This document shows positions 53,515 to 64,000 of a stretch of 64,000 nt of DNA, piece by piece (the first letter of the stretch is position 1; the number at the start of each line of letters is the position of its first letter). This DNA comes from Malacoraja senta. Taxonomy: Eukaryota. The position numbers were made by a program, and so were the translations under genes. The DNA is taken from assembly GCA_038087875.1 (NCBI GenBank), contig CM075996.1, positions 2,792,001-2,856,000 on the forward strand, written 5' to 3'. The notes below the pieces were generated by a model. The model searched no databases and was not told where the DNA came from. It worked only from the letters and a program-made list of their open reading frames with translations.

Positions 53515-54536
53515 AAGTGCCATTAGATTCCAGAAAAAACAACTGCACTGCACTTGAAATTTAGAAGCAATACTAGTTCAAATGGTAGCCTAGCCCAGGA
53601 AAAAATCTATACCTATATAAGAGTTTAATTTCATGAAAACAAAAGTGAATTTCACGGGGTCAGCTGCATCACTCCACACAAGAGATCCTTTTGAACCTCT
53701 GCATATTTGGTAACAATGCATTGTGTCTGCACAATTATAACATAGTAAAAATGAACTAATGGGAAATGCATGTTCAGCAAATGCAAGTTTAAAAATGCAA
53801 ACATCATGACCAACTTCAGTATACTGCTGTGCCGTTTTCATCTGGCAAAATTTAAAGCCATCTTGCTACAAAAGAATTTCGCAAAAAGATTCAAGACAAG
53901 GAAATTCTTTCCACATTTGTATTAATAAATAATGTTCATCATGGAAGGGATGTAATGCTGAGGCGCTAGTCAGGCCGCATTTGGAGTATTGTGAGCAATT
54001 TTGGGCACCATATCCGAGGAAGGACGTGCTGGCTCTGGAGAGGGTCCAGAGAAGGTCACAAAAATGATCCCAGGATCGTGTGGGTTAACATATGATGAGC
54101 ATTTGACGGCACTGGGTCTGTACTCGCTGGAGTTTAGAAGAATGACGGGGGGGTTGGGACCTCATTGAGACTTACCCAATAGAGAAAGGCTTGGATAGAG
54201 TGGATGTGGAGAGGATGTTTCCACTGGTGGGAGAGTCTCAGACTAGAGATAATAGCCTCAGAATAAAAGGATATCCCTTTAAGAAAGAGATGAGGAGAAA
54301 TGTCTTTAATCAGAGGGTGGTGAATCAGTGGAATTCTTTGTCACAAGTCAATGGAGGCCAAGTCCAATGGATATTTTTAAGGCAGAGATAGATAGATTCT
54401 TGATTAGTATGGATGTCAGGGGTTATGGGGAGAAGATAGGAGAATGGGGTTAGGAGGGGAGATAGATCAGTCATGATTCAATTGTGTAGACTTGATGGGC
54501 CAAATGGCAAAATTCTGCTCCTATCGCTTATCTTAC

Positions 54537-54624
54537 CACTATCTGGAACCACGTCAGAGTTTTCCCATCCATCCACTGCTGACAAAGCAGAGTCAAATTC
54601 TCAGTCTCCAATGTGACGACTCCT
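54537..54624 (-). CDS. DLGAP5: DLGAP5 GKAP-domain exon (RGVVTLETENLTLLCQQW..), apparently one base short
   Basis: TGCAG|A..AGTG|GTAAGA; 88 nt where the flanking phases need 89. Confidence 0.85.
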
Positions 54625-55356
54625 CTGCAGGGAAGAATTACAATTGAGTTCACTTTGGCAACAGTTCGAGCTACTGTAAATGGCTCGATTGTAATCATGC
54701 ATTGTCTTTCCGTTGACTGGATGGCATGCAACAAAAGCTTTTCACTGTACCCGGGTACATGTGACAATAAACTAAACTGATAAACTAATGACATTTCAGT
54801 TAATGTTTCAGCTGCGATCTGGATTAATAAGCCACCAGGAATGAAAACTTCCATCAGCTATCCCTTTGTTAAAAAAAGAGACACCTTTCTCTGCAGTGGT
54901 TGCTTGATTCCAAACTAAATTCCACACAGCAAAACAGTGCTTCCATCATACTTAATATTTAGTTACTAAGTTGCATTTGCAATCATTTATATACCTCTGC
55001 ATAAAATAGGGCAAATCTGTTTTAATTCACTGTTATTACAAAATAGAGAAAGCAATACTCGAAAATACAAATTCTCAAAACTACTTGGAACTCCACCATG
55101 GCTGCCTACGGGTAGCCAAATTGGAAAGAAGCCTGATCATGCACACAATTTCTCATCAGTACTTTCTAAATGCCCTACAGGACTGCAGCAAAATAAAAGA
55201 TCTTTACTATGACTAAATTAGGTTTGCAACACATTTAAGATCCCGTCAACTGCTGAATATCCCTGTCAGAAGCTTGGATTATGATGGTATCATTTTTATT
55301 AAATTGTATCTGATGCAGAAAGCAATCTCCTTTCAATATTATTGCTCCATGCTGAC

Positions 55357-55451
55357 CTGAAATAAGCCACATCATGTACGGGTCCCACTGCCATCAGGTT
55401 GAGAACACCCAAAAGGTTCTTGTGGTGTCTTTTCCACAGGCACTTCAAAAG
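55357..55451 (-). CDS. DLGAP5: DLGAP5 exon ending PVHDVAYFR; acceptor or frame ambiguous
   Basis: TTC AG|GTCAGC donor; HDVAYFR matches the conserved HDVPYFR; acceptor at 55451 or 55387. Confidence 0.72.
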
Positions 55452-55591
55452 CTGCAAAATCAGGAGGGGGGGGGGGGGGGGGGTCAAGCTTTAAAACTCA
55501 CAATCAAATAGATATCAATCAATACTCCCAACCAATAAACTGCACCATTGTATTTCAATAATTAATACTACAGTTTGGGATATCTTTAACT

Positions 55592-55768
55592 CAAGGGTTC
55601 CCACCCAGGGGGATAATTTGTTGATTTTTTGTCATTGACTGACTGTGTTTGGTTCTGGTATACCAGTATCTGTTCATCATTAGTTGTTCATAAATAAGTG
55701 AAATAATATTGTTATGTGCTATTAAAGTTGCCAGGGGTAAATGGGATGAAAAAGGTTGGGAACCCCTG
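55592..55768. mobile_element. hAT (Charlie-like) MITE, 177 bp
   Basis: CAAGGGTTCCCACCC .. GGTTGGGAACCCCTG termini; perfect 8-bp TSD CTTTAACT at 55584-55591 and 55769-55776. Confidence 0.85.
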
Positions 55769-56208
55769 CTTTAACTGGTTATGTTGCAAAAAGCAGTATA
55801 GTTTAGAGATGCAATGTGGAAACGGGCCCTTTGGCCCACCGAGTCCGCACCAAGCAGAACATTAACACCATCCTACACACGCCAGGGGCAATGTACATTT
55901 TATACCAAGCCAATTAACCTACAAACCTGTACGGTCTTTGGAATGTGGGAGAGAAAACCGAGGATCTCGCGGTCACGGGGAGAATGTGCAAATTTCGTAC
56001 AGACAGCACCCATATTCGGGATCGAACCCGGGATTCCAGCGCTGTAAAGGCAGCAACTCTACTGCTGTGCTGCCAGTTACTGCAAATAGACCATTGATGC
56101 TTTTTTGGAGCCTCATTTTAAATTGAGCATCTTACCAGGCAGTACAGTTACCCAATAATTATAGTGTGATGGAGTCAATTACTTATGCCCATCAGAAGCG
56201 ATGCATAC

Positions 56209-56330
56209 CAGGCCTAGCAGGATCTTCAGTTTGCGCCTCAGGTAGATTCGACTCAACCTCTGGTCTCAAAAGATTCTTTTGCGATCTTGTTACATAACGC
56301 ATTGTTGAGGGAGAATCAGCGTTGTTTCGC
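56209..56330 (-). CDS. DLGAP5: DLGAP5 exon (RNNADSPSTMRYVTRSQKNLLRPEVESNLPEAQTEDPARP)
   Basis: TTCAG|G..CCTG|GTATGC; 122 nt, phase 2/1. Confidence 0.75.
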
Positions 56331-57562
56331 CTGAACAGAGAGAATATTTGTGTATATTTGTTGTGGCGGGATCGAGAACACGTATCAAAGTCTAAACAAG
56401 AACAAAACAAAATATGGAAGCCGGCAAAGAGTGAAGCCTTGTGCAGATCAGCCAAAACCACAGCAAATGGCAGTGCAAGCTGGAGGGGCAAGGTGATGCT
56501 CTACTGCTCCTATACTATTATACCACAAAGTCAAACATTAGTAAGCAAATAATTTAAAAAAAGGCACAGCACCTTTATCAGCTTGAAGTGTCTGGGACAC
56601 ACATGATAACATACAGAGTTTAAACATCCTTGACCTTCTCTCGCGGGATGAGATAGTACAAGGGTTACGGAAGAAAAGAGATGAAGCTCCCCAATAACAT
56701 TTTGCAATAACAGGATAGATAGGTCATGACAACTCTAGCGAATGTGCAAGTTTTATTCTGAAACTTTCAATGTCCGACTTTACCATTTGCAACATCCATG
56801 CCAATACAAACAAACCGACATTTTCCTTGCAGGTATTCCACAACTATCCTCTGCTCACAGATGCTCTTTTTATGAAAAGATAGATCCACAACTGGAAAAT
56901 TAAACGATGTTTCTTTCTTCAAGTTTCCCCTTCCCACATGACTGCTCAAACACAGCCATCCACAAATGCCTGAATATTTGGGGGTTTTGCTCCCCTTTCC
57001 CTAGTAGCATCAATACCTCACTGGATCCGTGTTCTACGAGCAATCCCCTACACTTCATCCAAAGAATCCCCATTCAGCTGCCAGTTCACTATGAAGTGAG
57101 TTTATGAAACATTTAGGAAACATCCAAAGCAGGACCAGATTCTCAACTTCATATATCCTCAGCTCCAAAGTACAGGAAGAACAGCAAAACCTCTTGATGC
57201 ACAACCACCTCAGTATATATAGCCTAGAGTATGGCTCGTTTGGTGGTTCAATTACTCTGACTAAAACAAAACTTGGACAGGCAAATATAACAGCCAGACA
57301 TCCACTTAAAACTGACAAACAACATTTTCTAATAGGAATAAATGAGAGTGTGCAAGAATAGGCCAGGACAGGTTTAAAGATGAGCTGACAATTTTTTGTT
57401 TTTTAAATCACGTCTTGGATAGACTGCAATGACTTGGTTTGCCAACTATACTTCATTACAATGAAAAATTCTGGCAGGAAGCTTCTGATTGCATCAGACA
57501 GCAAAGTGATTTAAAAAAAAATATACACTCGTTAGAGACGAGTACTTCGACAAAATACTTAC

Positions 57563-57861
57563 AACTGGTGTTTGGCAGGACTCCAGGTATGAGCGGTAAA
57601 GAAGCTCGACACACTTCGTGGGCTGAGGGCAGTAAATTTGAATTGGTCAAGCCCCTCCATGGGGGCAAAGATGTAGTTGTCAGGGGCAAAGGAGACTTTC
57701 TTCTCCATATCTTCAAGGTCCATAGGTGCACCCAGCGGTTGTTGGCTCACCCTGCCACTCGCAGTTGGCAAGCTCTCGGATTCTGGCAACAGAACCTCGT
57801 GTTCAGGGATAGTCTGCATGCATGGTCCTTCACAGGCGTCAGGCTTTGGCTTATCTGCAAT
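57563..57861 (-). CDS. DLGAP5: DLGAP5 exon (IADKPK..VSFAPDNYIFAPMEGLDQFKFTALSPRSVSSFFTAHTWSP)
   Basis: TGCAG|ATT..TT|GTAAGT; 299 nt, phase 0/2; matches the HURP SFAPxxFxFxPLxGL..PRS..W motif. Confidence 0.9.
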
Positions 57862-59127
57862 CTGCAAAATAGATTCAAGATAGTTTATTGTCATAGAATT
57901 GATTTCATAGACTAAAATGCTAATTCAACTATATATTTCTGTAGGCTCGAGGCAAAACAATATTCTACTCTCCATTATGCTGACAACGTAATCATTAAAG
58001 AGCGTTAAATTTAGTCACTGGTCAATTTGATACTATTTCTCCCTGTACACTGTAAACAAACATTTGCAGATCTACTGCACTGGGTGGCACTATTGGTACA
58101 GCTGCTGCCTCACAGCACCAGAAATACTGCTTTCATCCTGCCCTCAGGTGCTATGTACGGGGAGTTTGACATTCTCCATGACGACATGAGTTTGCTTCAG
58201 CTTCTTCCCACAAAGCCACGTGGGGTTTATAGGTTAACTGGCCTCGAAATTGCCCGAGGTGCGTTGGGGGTGGATGCAAAAGTAGGATAGAAACATAGAA
58301 ACATACAAATTAGGTGCAGGAGTAGGCCATTCGAGCCTGCACCGCCATTCAATATGATCATGGCTGATCATCCAACTCAGTATCCTGTACCTGCCTTCTC
58401 TCCATACCCTCTGATCCCTTTAGCCACAAGGGCCACATCTAACTCCCTCTTAAATATAGCCAATGAACTGGCCTAGTGTGAACAGATGATCAATGATTAG
58501 CATGGACTCAGTGGACTGCTTCCATGCTGGATTTTTCAAGTCAAGCAAATTCTATACTTCACTGCATAAAATTCCGACGAGGGATGTGTGTGCAGCAGTT
58601 CACCACAATCACGGTGATGAAACTGGGCTATATAATTTTGGCATCACACAACACACCCCAAAGATCACAGTTTAATAATCCACATTTCAATAAATTGACC
58701 GGGGTCCTGGAAATGTAAATTCAAACACTAAAATATTGCATCCAATATTCATCACCCCAAAACAGTGGTGCTCCTGCGATTAGAGATTTTCTGTTACGAC
58801 AGACAATAAAGTTTTCTGAATCTGAATTAAGTTACCGAACTAGCAATTCAGACACCAGTTCAAATCTCACCATGGCAGTTGTGGATTGTTAAAATTCAGT
58901 TTCTAAAACAGAATATGCAACAATAACAAACAAGTAAAAATAATCAGTAAGTTGAGCCACAGCCATATTCGATACGATTTGGCAAGGAATGCAAGAATTA
59001 CCGCAGGACAGCATCAACAAATGAATTTTACATTGTGATACCAGTTAGAAAATATCTAGAAAATATATTGCTTCAGTAAGTTTGGAAATGAAGATACATT
59101 AACAAGAAATAAAATCATGGTCCTCAC

Positions 59128-59192
59128 CGATTTGCTGTTTGAATTTTCCACTATCTCGCCTTGTTTTTTTTTAGTCGACTGAGGCTTGACAG
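59128..59192 (-). CDS. DLGAP5: DLGAP5 exon (AVKPQSTKKKQGEIVENSNSKS)
   Basis: TTCAG|CT..TCG|GTGAGG; 65 nt, phase 1/0. Confidence 0.75.
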
Positions 59193-60879
59193 CTGAAAAA
59201 TGCGAAACAATTAGGGTTTTGATCATCTCTAATTACATTCAAACATGTCCGTTGCCACTCTAGTTAATTCACAACTGCTTATGTGTACAGAACTAGAGAT
59301 GGAATACAGTGGCTTAACGAAACTCAAGAACTCCCTTTTCCATAACCCTCTGGCAATAATTTCTCGTATGTCCTTGTGACCACTGATATTGAGAAAAATA
59401 CTCTTGACTGTGTCAAGAGCAACCAAGTTAAAGTTTCAGGTCTGAGACGCTTGGTTTGTCGGTTTCCAGCAGCTTGTGTTAATTGAGAACAATGCAAAGG
59501 AACAAGCATTTTGTGCCCTTCTCACACACGATCAACTGTTCAGAATTAAATAGCAACCTGCCATTAAAATTAATAAAGCAGATCATACTGAGAACTCAGG
59601 ATGGCTCAGCCCGCCTCCTTGTCAGAAACAGTGCAGCATGTGTCATTTCGACGTCTAGAAGTGTGGCGAGATAATTTGAATTTCAATGACTGAACCCTCA
59701 CTGTAAATTCATAGATCACTTGAAAGACAGTTTGACTAACAAAGCCCAGAGGTTATTACCTGCCATGTAGAGGGCACACCTATCTTAAAAAGAAAACTAG
59801 GTGTCATTAACAAATTTTGACCGCAGAGTAGTGCACGGTAGAATAATAAGTCTTGAGTAGGGAAAATTATACCAAGGCAAGAAAACAACTCTTGGATAAC
59901 GTTAATGTATTTGCACACGTTTAATCCAACAAACCGCTTTGATTTCCAATTTAATTATTCACACAAATGCTTCAGTTGCCAGTAGCATATTAAATATTCT
60001 GACTATTCCCCACATCAAAGTTGAACTTGGAATTTTTAAAACCAGTGCGAAGAGACTTTATATTAATTATGAATGGAATGACAGGTTGCAGTTTATATAA
60101 AATGTAAATGTAAAGGCCTGCTAATTATTGACCCACCTGACGAGCTAGTCCCAATTCATAATAGGAAAGACCAAAGATGGAGACAACCAGATTTTTATTT
60201 TGTCTACCTTTATCTTATTTCTCAAAACGTTTCTCAAGATCTCTCCAATTTTGCTCTGCAGATCAAAGTAATTAGCCCAAACATCTGTTTAATAAACTAT
60301 TCCAAGCACCAACACACATGCCCATTCTCCTTCAACCTACATCAATTTGAGAACAGGAACAAATAGCTTAGGTTGCTATTTTACTCCCACTCTCCCATCC
60401 AGCTTGACCGAAATCTTTTTTGCTATGGGTGCACAAATGCACAATGTTTGATGCGGCAATGGTGTATCGGAACAATACACAGTCGCTGCAAGATTAGTCC
60501 TTTTGATCTAGGATACATACCACAATATTCCTTTTGGCATTTTGGAGAGCTGCCAGACAAAATTATATCCCAAAGTGCCTGTCATGCACGTCGCCACGAT
60601 CACTGATATGTCAATGAAATCTGTCAAATAAATCTGACAGCAGTCTTGACAATGAATCCCTAATGGTTTAAATCCATCCTTACTTGAATCCAATTTAAAG
60701 ACCCATCTTTAAACTTTGCTTTGAGGTAGGTTTTGTCACAGTTTGGCCTTAGACAATAATATTTCATTCAAATTCAATGGTCTTTGGTGGGTAGCGCCAC
60801 AAATTAGATTTGCATGATCAAAGAAGAGTGAAACACTTCCTAGGAGGCAACAGCAGGATTGAAAGTTGCTGCAATGCAG

Positions 60880-61720
60880 TCTTGAGAACTTTGGTTCATT
60901 ACTAGATGGTACGCTTACAGATATTGAGCATACTACTGGAACTGGACTTATCCAGTTACAAGTATTGGACTTACAACGTAAGCAGAAAGACTTGAGACGG
61001 GAAGCAAATCACTCACTACTGAACACACAGCTTTTGCCTTGCTGTACAGCAATGTATTTATGCGGTCTGCAATTATTTCTAGCAATGGCGAATGCAAGGA
61101 CCCTTAACAACATTAAAGTACAGAGGGATCTTGGGGTCCACGTCATTGCTCTGAACGTGGCACCCAAGTAGATAGTGGAATGAAGGGGTAAGGCATGCTT
61201 GCTATATTGGTCAGGCTGGATTAGTGGAACTTTAGATATAAGATTGGACAAATTTGGATTGTTTTCTCCCGAGTGTCAGAGGCCGAGGGGAAACCCAACT
61301 GATGTATACAAAATTGTGAGAAACATAGATAGGGTAGACAGAACCTCTTGCACACGATGAAAATGCAACAGCTTAGCAGGCACAACTTTAACCACATTTG
61401 TTGCAATTACATTCCACCTGACAGGGCAGTGGAATGTCGAAGAAGAGGGGCATTGGTGTTCCAGTCCATACTTCCCCAACAGTGGCAACACAAATGGAGA
61501 CGGGGTTATAGGTAGCATATGGCATTCTTGCCTTCATAGGTTGGGCAGAATAGAAAAGTTGGACAACTTTACAAAACACAGGTTAGGCCACACTTGTACT
61601 GTTTGCAGCTTTGTATAGAAGGATGCAGGCCGAACGCAAGAAATGGGACTATTGAAAGTGGGCAAAGGACAGCGTAAACACAGTGGACCAAAGGGGCCTT
61701 ATGAGTGCGGTACGATGGTG
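60880..61720 (+). mobile_element. Old, degenerate CR1 remnants
   Basis: VQRDLGVHV and ATATGGCATTCTTGCCTTCAT-like pieces with many stops. Confidence 0.55.
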
Positions 61721-62097
61721 ACTCGACTTCTGCTCCTTGGCAAGTAGCAGGGGACGAAAATCAGTTTGAAACCCTGCATTTACAATTACCCATCCAACTT
61801 AATGCACTTAAACCTAATTAGTGCATGCTTTGAATTTGTGGACGAGCAAAAGGTAAGAGCTTTTTGGCACGGTAATCAATAATTGCATATCAATTTGAAA
61901 AGTCAGAACATTTGATATTGATGGACCGTTTCACTGTGAAAATCAATGTAAATGTTACTTAGTGTGCATTTGCCAGTCAGAAGAGAATATTTGAAATACT
62001 TTAAACTTATCTCGACACCCTAGCAACACTCATTTAAAAAATGTAAGATAAGACAGTTTCTCCTGCAACAGCCCCGACAATAAAAATAAACCCTTAC

Positions 62098-62227
62098 CTT
62101 CTTTCTTCCTTGCAGCTGGCACTTTTGTCCCTGTCTTTTGAATTGCTCCTTGTTGTTGACTTCTGCTTCCCACGGCCACTGTACAATTCCCCTTGTTACT
62201 GGCCATATTGGATTTGACTTGGCCTAC
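62098..62227 (-). CDS. DLGAP5: DLGAP5 exon (VGQVKSNMASNKG..KVPAARKKE)
   Basis: CACAG|GTA..GAAG|GTAAGG; 130 nt, phase 0/1. Confidence 0.75.
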
Positions 62228-63530
62228 CTGTGTGAAACAGCAAAGAATCAAATTAGTGGCATTCAGCCCCTCAACCCCGTTCTTCCATTCAACAAGATCA
62301 CGGCTAATCTACTGTACTCTTCTCATAATCCTTTACTCTCTTAAAGAGAACCCCAACAATGCCTGGTTTGAATGAATTCAATGACTAAGCCTTAATTGGG
62401 CAGGATAACTCCAAAGATTCAGCCAGAATACAAATATTTCCATCGCAACCCTCAGGCATACTTCTTGTTCTGACTCCAATTCCTAGTTCTAAATTACTCA
62501 ACCAGGGAGAGCATTTTCAATCCATGGTGGTCTATGCTTAATTCCAAGTATTCTAGCCTTATATCACAAAGCCATCTATATTCACCAGATCTACTGGATT
62601 AATTTAATCTACTCCATGTCACAATGTCAGAACATAAATTAGCTAAACATGATTTTCCTGACATAAATCTATGCTAATATTGTCGTTATTCATTCTCTTT
62701 TTTATATCATCGTCGGTCCTAGCATTTTCTTAAACTACAGGTTTGAATTCTACTTTTGTCCCTTCTTAAATAGTGGGATTGTAGTAGAATCTACTAAATC
62801 GCACGACAGAAGGCAAAGAACAAACGACACTTAGCTGAGCCCGACACCTCGTGCCTCTTTTATTCCAGAAGCCTCTTTTACCTACATCCTTACCAATCAT
62901 AACCCGTGTGCAGATAAGGCCAATTAGTGCACCTGAGCTTGCAGTTGTTATTGAGCTCTTGTGGATGGACATTGTCGAGGCTACTGGCGAGTCGTCAGCG
63001 GTAACAGGCTGCATGCAAAACCAACGTGGGCGTGAAGGCGCCACACGATCACGTTTACAACCCTCTAATCTATAGGACCCATTCCAGAACACCCCCCCCC
63101 CCTCATTTTAAGAATGTACGAATCCTTCTTACTAGCTACTGATTTAAAAAAAAATCCTGTTGGGATCGTGTCTTAAATGAATTTCATGTGAAAAAGTCAA
63201 ATAATTTAATCCAAACACCTTAATATCTCACCCAAACACCCATATCTTGATTAGTACGAGTGTCATGGGTTATGGGGAGAAGGCAGGAGAACTGGGTAAG
63301 GTAGGAGAGATAGATCAGCCATGATTGAATGGCAGAGTAGACTTGATATGCCCAATTCTGCTCTTCTTATTTATGACTTAATGGTCCTATTCAACTCATT
63401 TTTCTTTCACTAAAGCCATATCAACCATATTGTAATCTATATAATGTTCAGGGACATTAACTGAGAAATTTCCAAACTGAACAGCAACATCAGAAGTCGC
63501 AAGAGCCCCATCTTTTTGATAAACCTTTAC

Positions 63531-63623
63531 CTTTGGAGCTACAAGTCCAGGCCCCGTTGCTGTCTTAGGCACATTTTTTGCCATTGATCTTGTTACCCTC
63601 ATTTCAGTAAATGGCAATGTTGC
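63531..63623 (-). CDS. DLGAP5: DLGAP5 exon (ATLPFTEMRVTRSMAKNVPKTATGPGLVAPK); upstream exons are outside the window
   Basis: TTTCAG|GCA..AAG|GTAAAG; 93 nt, phase 0/0; RVTRS motif typical of the HURP N-terminal region. Confidence 0.78.
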
Positions 63624-64000
63624 CTGAAAAAAAAAGAACAAATTACAATTACAAAGTAAATAGCAACTCTGCTTCATTTAATCATTAACAATATGTATAC
63701 ATTGCTAATGAAAGGTAATTTATCCCTTGCGCTAAATTATCTTCAAACACAGGCACAATAACAAGTTTTCAACAAATTTGCATCCAAATCTAGTCTCGTT
63801 ATATTGAAATGCAGTTTTAGAATTGCTAATATACACTGGACATATAATGTGAGCCATACTGCAAATAAACTGAAAAATCAACAGCTGGTTAGACTCAAAT
63901 TGCAGAGACCACAATAAGCAAATCTAATACACATCTAGGAACCATCCAATTAATTCCTAAAAATAACTCAAGTGAATGCAGTAATTATAAAAGGAGAATG

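Overview
Eukaryotic (vertebrate) genomic DNA. The repeats (HE1-type V-SINEs, CR1 tails) point to a cartilaginous fish; this is an inference. The window holds two spliced genes, both on the minus strand, separated by a 200-N assembly gap (41879-42078). Left of the gap is TMEM184B: a GC-rich promoter and putative non-coding exon 1 at about 41.43-41.76 kb, seven coding exons between 23147 and 2709, and a 21-nt microexon at 1649-1669; the last exon is outside the window. Right of the gap is the 3' part of DLGAP5/HURP: 15 exons from 63623 to the stop at 42884, including the GKAP domain. Introns are full of tRNA-derived V-SINEs and CR1, Rex-Babar and L2 LINE tails, plus three TIR elements. The most notable signal is an abundant Penelope-like repeat family carrying a minimal hammerhead-ribozyme motif (CTGAAGA-A-GGGTC..GACCC-GAAAC-GTC). 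It occurs as single copies, fold-back palindromes and tandem arrays, and one copy is still attached to a Penelope GIY-YIG C-terminus. Three coding exons show single-base frame conflicts at G/C runs, probably consensus errors. Gene and family names come from recalled homology; no searches were run. Repeat boundaries are approximate and only representative copies are listed.
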